Below, in pieces: positions 13,620-27,013 of a stretch of DNA of 64,000 nucleotides. The stretch is from Felis catus (lineage: Eukaryota). The notes beneath the pieces are model-generated. The model was not told where the DNA came from, ran no database searches, and saw nothing but the letters and a program-made list of their open reading frames with translations. The DNA is taken from contig NC_058368.1 of NCBI RefSeq assembly GCF_018350175.1, positions 33,358,001-33,422,000 on the forward strand. Direction: 5' to 3'. The translations under genes and the position numbers were made by a program. How positions within the stretch are numbered: position 1 is the stretch's first letter; each line of letters begins with the position of its first letter.

Positions 13620-14012
13620 TAATGGTAGTTGCTATCAATAAAAATTACAACTGATGCATTTTTTTAATTGAAGTTTATTACTCATTTATGTAAAGCATAG
13701 AGGTTGGGTGTTCTCTACTATGCATAGTCCTTTAGGACTTGGATAATCAAGAAAATGCCATATTCACTAAATGTCTTAGAATTGACATCCAGTCACCAGA
13801 TAGGGAGAGAATATTGTGAAAATTACATGATAGTTTTTGTATGGGCAAAAATACATTACATTACATCTGCTGAGATTTCACTGGCCATTATGTAGTTACA
13901 TGGCTACAACCAACTGTGAGGAAGGTTCTGAAATCAACTCTAGTTGTGTACCCAAGCAGAAAGAAAAAAAGAAAGAAAAAGTGTGGTGAACATCTAGGGA
14001 GGCGTTACCATG
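13620..14012. mobile_element. Old MaLR LTR (late MLT1 group-like), diverged
   Basis: acatctgctgagatttcactggcca...gttacatggctacaaccaactg...gtggtgaacatctag resembles old MLT1 LTRs. Confidence 0.45.
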
Positions 14013-14310
14013 ATACCAGAAATGTTATGTACATTTTGGTTGTATGAATTAATGAGGGAAAGGATAAATAGCTGGATGAATATCTGAATAAATAAATATT
14101 TAATCAACATGGTCCAGCTCCTCTGGAGTCACCACCCCATCCCGCTATAAAGCTTTGCACCATCTGGTTGGTGCTGTTTTCTGCAGTAAGACTGGACATT
14201 GATAAGGTTGGACTGGATAGAGGTAAAAAGAGATGTGCTAGTCTTCAGATTTATAATCTTTAAAAATATAATTGCTAAATGACACTTTAGGCACTTCATA
14301 TAAATTCTCA

Positions 14311-14488
14311 TTGTTTTTGATGTTTATTTATTTTTGCAAGAGGAGGGGAGAGGCAGGGAGAAGGAGACAGAGTGGGCTCTGTGCTGACAGCAGACAGCCT
14401 GTTGCTCGGCTTGAACTCATGAACCACAAGTGGATCATGACCTATGCCGAAGTCAGATGCTTAACTGACCGAGCCACTCAGGAGACCC
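14311..14488 (-). mobile_element. CanSINE
   Basis: gggctctgtgctgacagcagacagcc...gatcatgacctatgccgaagtcagatgcttaactgaccgagccactcaggagaccc. Confidence 0.9.
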
Positions 14489-17400
14489 TAAACTGCCAAT
14501 TCTTTAATGAAAAATGCTAAAAGGTAAATATTGTTATGCTGTTTTTCAGAGAAGAGTACAGAGTATCAGGGGTTATTTTCTAGTCCTATTCAGCTAAAAC
14601 TGGAGGATTATCCAACCCCAAAGCCTGTCTCTTGTCATTGTACATGGCTACCTAACCAATATACCCCTCACTGGGATACAGTAGGATTTCATCCTCTGTC
14701 GACTTGCATCCCCAAACGTACACTGAACAATTTTAGGTCGTCTGTTCTAGATAATAATCATAGAGAAGTAAAGTTCTGATTTCTAAAAAAATCTTCTGGG
14801 AATGACAATGGATAAAATAGGCAGTCCTAAGGAGTGTTATCCAAGGTCACAAAATTAACAAGAGAATCATATCTTCACAACACGTTGTAGTGTATCTAGA
14901 AATTAAACTAATATTCAGCGTATTGATATTTGACATCTGATATGTATATTTTTTGGTTCAACATTAGTCCTTATTTATTTTTTGTGGGTTTTATTTTTGC
15001 TCTAGTAACTTTTAATTTCAGTATAGTTACTATAGAGTTCTGTTATTTTCAGGCGTATGCTATAGTGAGACTGCTATTTTAGCAAGAACCAGGAAAGCAG
15101 ATGCCCTGTGGTTTCTCTGTGTCTTTTGTAGTTTTACACAGTTTTGGAGCTTTCTTTGGGAAAATAATACCTCAAGGATTTGATGTTTTACCTTCTTAAT
15201 CTACTATCTTTCCATCTGTCTCTATCAGATATTAGAAAATACCATCTTCGCCAGCGGCACTGTGTCAATTTTCAGGGAAAGTCTACCTCTGCTGCATACA
15301 TGCCTCTTCTAACAATATCAGCAAGGAGGGAAGTAGAATATAGCCAAAGGGACCATTAAGTCACTTATATCTTCATGTGATATCACAAACTCATAATTAC
15401 ATAGAATAAAGAGCAATATACCAGGAAAGTAAAGATCTCATTTCATGCGGTGTGTGTCAAACAGAGAAGTGTCTGTAGAAGGTGTATTGAATGAAAGGTA
15501 TGATGACCTCGGGTGGAATTACTAATGCATTATCATACCAAAAATTGCCAATAATTTCGAGAGTATTAAAGCATTTGGAGAAATAAGCCAACCACTAATT
15601 ATAACGATTCTTTATTCAAGCCTTTTCAAGTCCTAGCAGATTATACATTCCAATCACTGTGTATCAGGAAACGTATTTATCTTAGATGATAACCGCTTTC
15701 ATGAATTAGTATGAGAAAATCTAATGTATTACGAAAGTATTTTACTTTTTTATTTTTTTTATTTTGTATAAACATATTTAAAATAACAAGTACTATATAG
15801 AAAACATATTGTAGATAAATAATTGAATAAAATAATTGAGACAGTTCCTCTCCAGATATGGGTGGAGCCTATGAACTATGGTAACTGAGAAAGAAAGTCT
15901 TCATGGGCAATTTGGATAGTAGTTCATTTATTCTTTAATATTTAGTGTGTGCCTATGATGTCCAAATGTGTTTTAGATATCTAGATGCTGGGGATATACC
16001 AGTGTAGTTTAGTGGCACTGCCTTTATATTTATTCAGTCATCAAGAGTTATACCTGTCACTATTTTGCAGCATGACTGAAAATACCGACACAGAAAAAAA
16101 AGCAATTAGATCTTAGTATTAATGTGAACGTAGTTATGACCTCGGGGACCATCTGAAATAGTATATGGTTGCCACAGAGGTTAACACACTGCCCTTAGAA
16201 AATTGCTGAGGTAAAGCAACCTATAAATTCAGTGATATGTCTTTTCCATGTATTCACTTGCTTAATGGATAGACATTGAGAGTAGCCACCTTAAAATATT
16301 AAATTTAATTGATGTGAATTACAAATTAATTAATAGCACTTTATAGCATTTTCTAGAGGGCAGAGAAACTTCTTTAAGAATAAGAGAAATTGAAAGATTT
16401 GTTTCACGTCATTTTCTTTTTTGATTCAGATCAGCAAAAAATTCTATTACATTTCTAGAACAAAAGTTGTTTCATGGTTAAACTTCTAATTTACCTGAGA
16501 TTCAACATACCAAACAACAAATTCCAAGTTTCAATTTCACTCCTATTATATGTGTTCAATTGTGTGTCTTGAAACACAACAAATATTTCATTTACTCCTT
16601 TGTTTCTTTCTTCTAAGAAAACAACAATATAAAATATACTTTTCGTAAAATTGAAGGCCAATACAAATGAAACATACTCTGGATGTAACCAAAATTTGTT
16701 TACCTAAATTCAGCATTACTTTACTGCAAAACAAAAGCCTCAACTTACGTTACACATATTGATATGCTAAATATAGATATACTTAGAGTCTCCTCTATTG
16801 CTTCCCTGGAGTTGAAAATTCTAGCATGCATGGTACATTCTTTAGTATAATTGAAAATGATGGTTTATAATATGAATTTGATAATCAATTATAGAATACA
16901 ACTCCATAAGCCATATTATGTAATCAGTCATCAAAGGAAAATTACTTTGAAGGAAATGCTTTAAATTTCAGTTTCTAATTAATGTATTATATTGATCTTA
17001 AACCTTATGCACATTTAAGAGCTTTCACAGATTTGCCTTTAAAAGGATGATTCTCTAAAATGATTTAGAAGAATATTTGCAAGTGAAATTCTTTTATTTA
17101 TTTTTATCTACAATAGTGCCAATTAAAGCAGTATTTTCTTTTAAATATTCATAAGTGGTGCATCTCTGAGTAATATTGAGAAATAGGCAAATGACAGACT
17201 GATTTTATGCAGCTATGCAATTAAAATAATTTGTTCTGGCTGTTTTCATGGGATATAAAACCCATAACCTTACTTCTTTATAATTTCAATTAGACTTCAA
17301 ATTCATTGATAACAAATTCCTTTGCTATCTTATATGGAATAAAATGAAAATAATAGGAAAAAATACTATATATGATGTTATAAAATATAACAGTGGTCAA

Positions 17401-17510
17401 TTCCAATAAAATGGAAGCTTAGTACTAACAGTAAGTAGGAAAATAGTGGCAGGAAGAATCCAGAATTTACTAACAATGGATTGCAAGAAATTATTACCAA
17501 TAATCAAGTT

Positions 17511-17511
<1 letters not shown>

Positions 17512-17548
<37 letters not shown>
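17512..17548. repeat. (TTA)n microsatellite
   Basis: About 12 perfect units visible. Confidence 0.95.
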
Positions 17549-17916
17549 TTGTCTCATAACCTTTGGAAACTTGATCTCATATTGTCAAATTTTGATTCAC
17601 TGGTCACTATTACTTCCTTCTGCCTTTTTCCTACTTTAATTACTGATTCACAATTAACAGAAAGAAAATCATGTTCTGTCTAAATTTTTTCGTTTGAATG
17701 CCAGAATACATGGAATGTTTATATCAAACATGTGACTAATTCATCTTATTATAATTTTTATGTATGAGGAATGTGATGTATAAGGAAATATAAAGACTTT
17801 GGTCAATGAGTCTCATTTTATGTTTTTGTTTTTGTTTTTGTTTTTTTTTAACTCTATTGACCAAAGAATTGTATGCATTTGAGGTATACCACACGGTGGT
17901 TTATTTATTTAATTTT

Positions 17917-17920
<4 letters not shown>

Positions 17921-18000
<80 letters not shown>
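17921..18000. repeat. Compound (GA)23(GT)17 microsatellite derived from the SINE CT tract
   Basis: Direct count. Confidence 0.95.
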
Positions 18001-18001
<1 letters not shown>

Positions 18002-18137
18002 TGAGCAGGGGTGAGGGCAGAGGGAGAGATAGAGAGAAAATTAAGTAGGCTCCATGCTCAGTGTGGAGCCCAAGGCAGGGCTTGATCCCGTGACCCTGGA
18101 ATCATAACCTGAACTGAAATCAAGAGTCAGACACTCT

Positions 18138-18360
18138 GGGGCGCCTGGGTGGCGCAGTCGGTTAAGCGTCCGACTTCAACCAGGTCACGATCTCGCGGTC
18201 CGTGAGTTCGAGCCCCGCGTCAGGCTCTGGGCTGATGGCTCAGAGCCTGGAGCCTGTTTCCGATTCTGTGTCTCCCTCTCTCTCTGCCCCTCCCCCGTTC
18301 ATGCTCTGCCTCTCTCTGTCCCAAAAATAAATAAACGTTGAAAAAAATATTAAAAAAAAA
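18138..18360 (+). mobile_element. Young felid SINEC_Fc-type CanSINE
   Basis: CpG-rich ggggcgcctgggtggcgcagtcggttaagcgtccgac head; TSD aagagtc(a/t)gacactc at 18122-18136 and 18359-18373. Confidence 0.97.
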
Positions 18361-18414
18361 GAGTCTGACACTCAACCAACTCATCCACCCAGGTGCCCCC
18401 ATGGTGATTTATTT

Positions 18415-19405
18415 ATTAAATGCTTATTGAACACTTACTTAGTCTAGGTTTGGGGGATAGATTGGATGTTGAAAACAAGAGTAGAACCCTGCACTCAGCA
18501 TAATTAAATCCTATTGGAAAAGACAAACATTTATTAAATATTCACAAGCATTACCAAAAAGGTACAACCATAATATGTACTTTGACTCAGTGGTACATAC
18601 TTCCATTAGAACATGTCATAGGAGATTTATCATATTAGAGAGGTCAATTATGTTTCCTTTAGGAAGATACAATTGAACAGATATTTGAAATGTAAAAAAC
18701 AGGTTCATTGTTTAATAAATCTTTAAGGGAAGGAGTAAACAGAACTACATTCAGATGGGCAAGGGCAAAGACACTCTGGCTTAAGAAACTTCAAGACAGC
18801 CAGTGTGCTTGGAATGGAGAAGTGAGATGACAGCTAATCAAGAAGGTAGTAGTGAAGAGAGAAAAATATTCTGAACTTAGTGATGAATTTGGTACAAGTG
18901 TCTTATATAGAAAGGTCAAATACGACTCCTAAGTTTATGGCTTATATAATTATGTAAATTCACTGAGATAAATGACATTGGAAGACCCATCTTCCAATCA
19001 AGGTTTATTTTTTGGAGTGGAGAAGGACAAAGGGTAGTATGGGAGAGGGAATGAAGAAAGTCAACATTTTGGTTTTGTACATTTGATGTTTTATTTCCTC
19101 TTAGAATATCTGAAATGAAATAATGCAATTAAACCATGAGTAAAAGAGCCCAGAGTTGAGGGGAGAGCTTTTAGGTAAATTTGTAAGTCATTTTTATATA
19201 GGTATGTTTTGGAACTTCGGGCTTCAAGGAATAAATAGGGAGAGGAGAAGAGATCCTACTACCAAGACTTGGGGAAACTCTAGAAGGTAGAGTCTGAAGA
19301 GAAGATTGAGAGACCAAGGGAGCAGGGGAAGCCCCAATAGAGTTTTATGGTACAGAAGCCAAAGGAATACAATATTTCAAGAAGGAAGAGAGGTCAATAG
19401 TGCTT
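18415..19405 (-). mobile_element. L2 fragment
   Basis: tttattgaacacttact start, purine-rich antisense L2 body, tttcaagaaggaagagaggtcaatagtg; appears to resume near 19680. Confidence 0.6.
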
Positions 19406-19409
19406 GTTT

Positions 19410-19665
19410 CACACACAGATAAATAAGAAGTATGTCTTATACAAGGTACCTCAAATAGACAAACTCATGGAATCAGAGAGTAGAATCATGGTTGCTAGGG
19501 CTAGGGAGGAGGGGAATGAAGAGTCGTTATCCAATGGGAATAAAGTTTCAATTATTCTAGAGTTCTGCTCTACAATATTGTACTCAGAGTTAACAGTATT
19601 GTATTGAATACTTCAAAGCTTGTTAAGGGAGTAGATTTCACATCCAGTGTTCTAACCACAGCAAA
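19410..19665 (+). mobile_element. L1MA/MB-like 3' end fragment
   Basis: aaactcatggaatcagagagtagaatcatggttgctaggg...ttctagagttctgc...gttaacagtattgtattg...gtgttctaaccac. Confidence 0.75.
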
Positions 19666-19963
19666 TCAACAAATGCGGAGGGAAATGTCTATTGGCTTTA
19701 GAGACATTACAGTGAACTAAACATTTATATGAGGTTTTTTAAGAAAGTTGTAGAAGGAAGGCCATTTCAGCGTGGACTGATAAATAAATGTAGGGTGATG
19801 AAACACAGAGAACTATCCTGGAAAGGTTGGATTGAAGAACAGTTTAAAAGAATTTAAATCCAAGAAAACACTATAGATAAGAAATTTTTCAATAATGGTG
19901 GCTTTACTTTCTAAAATATTAGTGATTTTCAAAGATAAACATTAAAAAGATGTCACAAATCAT

Positions 19964-20165
19964 GGGACATATGGGTGGCTCAGTCGGTTGAGCATCCGAT
20001 TCTTGATTTCGGCTTAGATCATGATCTCATGGTTCATGAGTTCAAGACCGACATCAGGCTCTGTGCTGAAAGTGTGGAGCCTGCTTGGGATTCTTTTTCT
20101 CCCTCTCTCTCTGCCCACCTCCTGCTCATGTTCTAAATAAATAAACAAACAAACAAACAAACAAA
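19964..20165 (+). mobile_element. CanSINE with (AAAC)n tail
   Basis: gggtggctcagtcggttgagcatccgattcttgatttcggc head. Confidence 0.93.
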
Positions 20166-20498
20166 TAGATCGTAAACTTCTATTCTATTCACAGAAGATA
20201 AACTTCTGTGGGGTTGGAAAATCACACCTCTGATTTGTTAGGTTTTGTTTAAAACCACATTTTTTTTCTGCCCATAAAATATGCACTTAACTATTAGATT
20301 TAGCAACCCACATTAAACAACTCAATGTAACATGACTTGCACTATTCTTAATACAATTTATAATATAATTATCATGTCCTATTGGAAATCTTACTTCTGG
20401 GAATAACAGCATTTTATGGAACATTGATAAAATATCAGAGTACTGACTGATCTATTATTGTAACTCTGACTACCTAACTGACCTTTGTTTAGAATTTT

Positions 20499-20682
20499 TT
20501 TAAGTTTATTTATTTATTTTGAGAGAGAGAGCTAGAGAGGGGAAGGGCAGAGAGAATTCCAAACAGGCTCTGCCTTGTCAGCAGAGTCCCACATGGTGCC
20601 CAATCCCACCAACTGTTGAGATCATGACCTGATCCAAGATCAAGAGTCAGATGTTTAAGCAACTGAGCCACCCAGGCACCTC
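20499..20682 (-). mobile_element. CanSINE
   Basis: Reverse-complement copy ending actgagccacccaggcacctc. Confidence 0.9.
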
Positions 20683-20692
20683 TAGAATTTTG

Positions 20693-20891
20693 TTTTGTTT
20701 TGTTAAGTTGATTTATTTATTTTGAGAGAGAAAGAGCAAGTGGGGGAGAGGCAGACAGAGAGGATCCCAAGCAGGCTCCGCACTATCAGTGTGGAGCCTG
20801 ACACAAGACTCGAAATCATGAACTGTGAGATCATGACCTGAGCCAAAATCAAGGGCTGCATGATTAACTGACTGAGCCACTCAGGCAGCCC
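20693..20891 (-). mobile_element. CanSINE (tandem with the previous copy)
   Basis: Reverse-complement copy ending actgagccactcaggcagccc. Confidence 0.9.
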
Positions 20892-21319
20892 AGAATTTTG
20901 GCTTTTAATACATAGTTATTGCCTACATTCCATTAATATGAAATTTTAGGTGGCATTTCCAAAGGTGATACACACGTTAATATAAATGAATATAAGTGTG
21001 TATATGTTCACACATACACCTGCACACACATGTTTGGAGTTATCTGTTGCATATAACAGTATCTTATATTACCTCTTTATTTGTGAGGTATATATCAGGC
21101 ATTGACTTTTTTCAAAATCATTTGTGGACAAGTTTAATTTTTAATATTCCTTGGTATCAAGTGTATGAAATTTTGCTTTGGTATTGAATAGCACTTCACC
21201 TTTACTTAGATTTATCCCATTATTTTCTCATTTCAAATAAAAATTAGGAATTAGTTTTTCTATGGGAAAAACAACAGAAGGCTCTGCATAGTAAAATAAA
21301 GTAACAGATGTAGAACTTT

Positions 21320-21476
21320 TAAGCGTCTGACTCTTACCCTTGGCTTAGGTCATGCTTTCATGAGTTCAAGCCCTGTATTGGGCTCTATGGTGACAGTGTA
21401 GTGTGGAGCCTCCTTCTCTGCACCTTGCCCCCTTGCACTTTCTTTCATCCTCTCAAATAAATAAACTTAAAAAAAG
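21320..21476 (+). mobile_element. CanSINE, 5'-truncated and internally deleted
   Basis: taagcgtctgactctt...ggcttaggtcatg...gagttcaagccc...ctctcaaataaataaactt. Confidence 0.8.
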
Positions 21477-21634
21477 CTAAAGTACAAATGTTTTGTATTT
21501 CATGATACATTAAATTATGGGAGAGTTGCCTAGCCAGTTAAGATACAGGGCAAGGAAATAGGGTGTGAGACATACTGTTGGGATAAACCAGTCTGGGCTT
21601 ACTGTTGCACTGCACATGTGCCCACTGATCACTT

Positions 21635-21780
21635 AATTATACATATAATATATACATATTATATATATATATAATATATATAAAGTATATACTAATTTAT
21701 ATATATCTAATTTAGATATTTATATTTACATTTATATAAATATATTTATAATCTAGATATTTATAAATATCTAACCAACT
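21635..21780. repeat. AT-rich low-complexity (TA-type) tract
   Basis: Degenerate TA repeats. Confidence 0.8.
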
Positions 21781-22845
21781 AGTAGAATATAGTATCTGAA
21801 AGTTGTAAATCCAGATTAAAAGTAGTTTATCTGTGAAAATATTTGGAGTATAGAAATCCAATAGAATAGTAGGGATGAATTGGACCATGTTCGAATTGTG
21901 ACAAAGGCTGGGAGAACAGTCGCTACTTCTTAGCAAACAGCAGAGACCTTGTCACCAAGCTAAATTTCAAAATAAGACTCAAGTTTCTGATCCTGGGAGG
22001 GGGGTTCAGATTTATGAGGGGCTCCAACCTTGGAATAACATAAATTCTTAATATGAACCATTGGTTCAGGTGTAGAGTACCATAACTGGAACAAAAAGTC
22101 TACAAAGTTGGGGAAGTTAACAAACCTAGATACTTATCTGGATTATCTAAATTAAACTATAATTATTAGTTACTATTTAGAAAGAATATTGAATAAAGAC
22201 TTCTAGAAGTATGTGTCCTGTCAGTCTTACTGGTCCCTGGGGATTTTACATAGGTCTTTCTTAGGAGGAGTTGGAGATGATAAAGAATTCTGATAGCATG
22301 GACTCAGGGACTGAATGTCCTTACTCATGCTTCTGAAGTTAAAACCTGCTTAACGTTTTATATTTTTGGTTCTGGTGGATACTTAGTATAATGAATGAAT
22401 CTTATTTATATCTGATGGTGAAGATTAATGAAATGATGTCTTGGAAACAGAAGGTCAATAAATATCTTTTATAACTATCCACATCCTTCCTCTCTTATAC
22501 CTGTAGAAATACTTAACATTGAGCTTTAGTTTATTGTACTGCATAAAGGGAGGTTACATGAAACAAACATAGATATGAAAGTTATCTAAAGAGATATAAA
22601 ATAATATTCTAGTCTACCTATAAATATGTTTGAAAACTATAAGTTCTGATTTAGTCATTTTAGTGCATTTATTGAGGGTGGCTATCAGAAGTAGAGATTT
22701 GACTATTCTCTCTATTATAGGCAATCTTGGATATTTCTTAAAGGAGAAAAAAGTAACAGCTTGGCTCATGGAAAGTGTCATTCATGTCTATTCAGTTTCC
22801 AGATTAGAGATTAATTACAAATTGGCACCTTTTTGCAAAATGGTG

Positions 22846-23336
22846 TAGTATTGATTCCTATTGCTGTGGTAACAAATTGCTACAATCTTAGCTACATTAA
22901 GCAAAGAAATTTTATTGTATTATTGAAGTAAGAAATACAAAGTGTTTCTCACTGGACTAAAATCAAGGTGATGTCATGACTATGTTCCTTCTCGAGGCTC
23001 TAGGAGAAAATCCACTCCCTTGCCTTTTCCAGATTCTAAAGGGTGTCTGCATTTCTTGGACTGTGCCCCTGTTCCATCTTCAAAGCCACAAAGATAGCAT
23101 CTTCAAATTTCTCTCTGATTTTGCTTTTTTTTTTACATCTCTTTCTATAACAATTTTAAGGACTTTTGTGATAACATCGTGCTAACCCAGATAATCCAGA
23201 ATAGTGTACCTATCTGAAGGTCCTTACTTTAATCACATTTACAAAGTCCTTTTTGCTATTTAAGAGAACATATTCACAAATTCCAGAGATTAGGGTTTGG
23301 ACATCTTGGGGGGAGGCATTATTGTGTTTATATCAC
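22846..23336 (-). mobile_element. MaLR solo LTR (MLT1C-like)
   Basis: ttcctattgctgtggtaacaaattgctacaa...gaggctctaggagaaaatcc...ttccagagattagggtttggacatcttggggggaggcattatt. Confidence 0.82.
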
Positions 23337-23564
23337 AAGTGTTATATTCATTTACATTCAAAAAATACATATTTCCCTATATTATTAAAATGAAAGAGAA
23401 AAAAGATCATATGAATTCCAACACCTATTTAATGAAGTGTCATTAACAGGATCTTCATTATCACTTTTCCTGAATACCTGAATACTCTCTTTGCCTGAGT
23501 TACTTGTTAGCACTCCATTGGCACCTCCTTAGCATATTTCTATTAGCACTTTACAGATGTATGA

Positions 23565-23567
<3 letters not shown>

Positions 23568-23601
<34 letters not shown>
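23568..23601. repeat. (TA)n microsatellite
   Basis: Perfect run visible. Confidence 0.95.
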
Positions 23602-23604
<3 letters not shown>

Positions 23605-24152
23605 CAATATTTTAATTTCAGATCAAAATGTGTATTATTTACTTAAGCTTTGAAGGAAGAATATTTCAAAAATGAGAATGTGTAGCCCAGTAGCAAACAA
23701 CATATTTTTCTCCTCATTAATATCTTATTCTAATTTTTATTCATTTTCTTTCAAACCATGACAGGTGCTGAATACTAATAATACATGTTCTAACAGAAGA
23801 TACTTGAGGTCATTAATTTTGGAATTAAACTCCAGAATCAAATGCCAGATGAATAGGGTTACTCCAGAATATTTGGGTATATCACTGAGTATCAAGTATT
23901 GTAACTAGGCCATCTGTTACATTTAACATTATTTATTAGCAAAAAAAAAATGGTTGTACAACTTGGGAGTGGTAACTAAATTTTAATGACCACAAATAAA
24001 ACAGAAGTTTCAATAAAGAGAAAGTAAATTAATTTATGGACAAAGGGTAGATCTAATATCCCTAGTTATTTTAATTACAATAGACTTAGCACTATAAATA
24101 TAATTATCCAGTCATTTGGTATAGTTTTGTGTTTTAAAAACTTCTGATAACA

Positions 24153-24370
24153 GGGGTGCCTGGGTGGCTCAGTTGGTTAAGCATCCAACTCTTGACTTAG
24201 GCTCAGGTAATGATCTCATAGGGTTGTAAGTTCGAACCCTTCATTAGACTCTCCGCTGGCTGTGCGGAGCCTGCTTGGGATTTTGTCTCTCCTCCTCTCT
24301 GCTTCTCCCCCACTCATTCTCTCCATCTCTGTCTCAAAATTTAAAAAAAAGTTAAACATTAAAAAAAAAA
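24153..24370 (+). mobile_element. CanSINE
   Basis: Full length; flanked by aaaa(a/c)cttctgata TSD. Confidence 0.95.
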
Positions 24371-25451
24371 CCTTCTGATATCAATATGACATCTGAAGTC
24401 AGATAATTTATATAGAATTAAAACAGAACAAAAAATACTTTGGACACGTTGTCCATTGTGTTGTCACTTTATGAATATGAATACCTATGCTCCTCTTCTG
24501 AGTGCAAAATAATTTATTGTGCTTTAATTTTTTTTTCTGACATGCCTTTGTTTTCAAAGGCACAGGGAAACACAGTTTGGCTTTTATCCCATTTACAAAA
24601 CTTCATAAACAAATTCACCTATATTCGGAGGCCTGATAAATAACCAGAATCACTGGGAGATGGCTGAATAACAAGGGACACAGTGGACCAAAACAAAAAT
24701 ATTAATTGAAAAAAAATTACTTGGGCAAAAAACTAAAAGCTTTAATGCTATTAATGGGAATACAAGCCTGGCTATTTAAAAATCTGAGATTCCAAGGAAG
24801 GGATGTTTGCTTTGTTCATATGTATTTTATCATTCAGAATTTTACCCAATTCTCTTTAGCTGACCCACACATTTAGTATTCCCTGATTTTACTAACCTCA
24901 ATCTTTTTAGGATTTCTGCTTTACAACTCAGCTTCCCAGATACTTCTTTACTATTTCCAAATACATGTATTGTCTCTCCTCCATTTTACTGATTACCTCT
25001 CCTCTATAAATGTTTCAAAAATAAGCTGAAATTTTTCATGTTCAGAGAAAGGTCTCCTATAATTGTCATTGATTTTAATTTACATATTTTCATGTATTTA
25101 CTAATTTTAGTGGGAACATGAAAGGAGGTAAAATAAAGCTCTAATATATTCTTGGATTATGGATACTTCTGTTTTTGAATATATGGTTCTGCAACTCAGG
25201 AAAATGTTATAGTTTTACATCCTTTAATACTGATTTTTGTTGTAATTCTTCTAGTGTGTGCATGACAAAATGCCATTAGTTAGTTGGTTTACATTTTGTC
25301 TTCTATATCTATTATTTTCTTCCACAACCATTTATTCCTCCATTTTTTATCTTTGAGAACTCCATGAATTAATATTATTTTCCAAATAATTGAGTAAATT
25401 ACCTACAGTATTAAATTGTTAGAACATAATCTAAAGAAGCCAGAAGCTGAA

Positions 25452-25540
25452 TTTTATTTTATTTTTTCGTTTTTATTTTTTTTAATGTTTATTCATTTTT
25501 GAGAGAGAGAGAGAAACAGAGTATGAGTGGGGGAGGGGCA
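25452..25540 (-). mobile_element. CanSINE 3' fragment only
   Basis: tttaatgtttattcatttttgagagagagagagaaacagagtatgagtgggggaggggca, then ends abruptly. Confidence 0.8.
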
Positions 25541-25769
25541 TTTGGATTTTTTTTTCATTTTTTACTTTTAAAATTGTTTTTGCAATTCTAATATATGTGT
25601 GTAGTCATAACTGATGATGTCTTTGCTTTCTTGTATTACTAATGATATTAATGACTTCCTAATGTGCTCATTTATCATCCACCACAAGTCTTCTGTGATT
25701 AAGTGTGCATTCAAATATTATGCCCATTAATTATTGGGTTGCTTATTTTCTTATTGTTGAGTTATTTTT

Positions 25770-26745
25770 TAATTAAGATCTAAGTCATATACCACAAATT
25801 AACACTTACAAAGCATACGATTTAGTGGTTTATAGTATATGACACTGTGCCCCATCAGTGCTATCTAATTCTGGAATATGTTTATTACTATAAAGAAAGC
25901 CCACATGCTATAGCTATCATTTCTCAATACCCACATCCCCAAAGCCCTAAGGAATCATGAATGAAGTTTCAGTATTCTTTATATTTGCATATTCTGGGCA
26001 TTTCATGTAAATGGAATCATGTAACATATGGCTTTTTTTGTCTGCCTTATTTCATTTAGCATGATGTTGTCAAGGTTCATCCATTCTATAGCATGTACCA
26101 TGCACCATTTCTTTTGTGGCCAATTCATATCCATTGCATATCTATTTGTACCACATTTTGAAGTAGTATCTCATTGTGATGTTGACACACATTTATCTAA
26201 GTACTAATACTATTGAACATCTTTTCATGTGCTTATTGGCTATTTGTATATCTTCCTTAAAGAAATGTCCATTCAAAATTCTCCCAATGTGTTATTTTTC
26301 TCTTGATTATTGAGTTATAAAACTTCTTTATATATTCTGGGTTCTATACCCATATAAACTATATGATTGCAAATATATTCTCTATTCTCTGGTTATCTTT
26401 TCATTTTATTGATGATAGCATCCTTTGAAGTACACATTTTTTTAATTTTGTTGAAGTATAATTTATTTTGTTTGTTGCCTATGCTTTTTCATATATTTAA
26501 AAAATAGATAAATCCAAAATCATGAAGGATTACTCTTATGTAAATGTCAAAAGTTTTATAGTTTTAGCTCCTATGTTTATATCCCTGATACCTTTTGAGT
26601 TAATTTTTTATATGACACGAGGTGGGAATCTAATTTCATTCCTTTTAATAAAACTATTTCATTGTTCCAGAACCATTTGTGGAAAGATATTTTCCCCATT
26701 GAATTTGTTTGGCACCCTTGCCAAAATTATTTGACCATAAACATA
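25770..26745 (-). mobile_element. L1MB-like fragment, interrupted by Tigger and resuming at 29486 to ~29560
   Basis: Antisense L1: tattctgggcatttcatgtaaatggaatcat...ggcacccttgccaaaattatttgaccata continues after the transposon as tttatttctgcattctaaattctattccattga. Confidence 0.8.
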
Positions 26746-26823
26746 TACAATAAAACCTTGGATTGCAAGTAACTTGTTCAGTGAGTGTTCCGCAAGACAA
26801 GCAAACATTTCTAATAGATTTAA

Positions 26824-27013
26824 ATGATTTTTAATTTAATTTGGAGAGAGAGAGGGTGCTAGCAGGAGAGGGGCAGAGAAAGAGGGAGACAGAAGATCTA
26901 GTCAACCCTCTGCTGTCAGTACAGAGCCTGTTGTGGGCTGAAACCCACAAACTGTAAGATCGTGCCCTGAGCCAAAGTTGGTCGCTTAACTGACTGAGCC
27001 ATCCAGGCACCCT
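26824..27013 (-). mobile_element. CanSINE inserted in the Tigger 5' region
   Basis: TSD acatttctaata(g/a)att at ~26805 and ~27015. Confidence 0.92.

Larger units (their letters stand above)
17907..18399 (-). mobile_element. Older CanSINE interrupted by a younger SINE
   Basis: Two parts at ~17907-18136 and 18374-18399; TSD ca(c/t)ggtg(g/a)tttattt at 17892-17906 and 18400-18414. Confidence 0.9.

Noticed and set aside
18138..18220. tRNA gene (A/B-box-like sequence)
   Set aside because: tRNA-derived head of a CanSINE, followed by SINE body and tail; not a tRNA gene.
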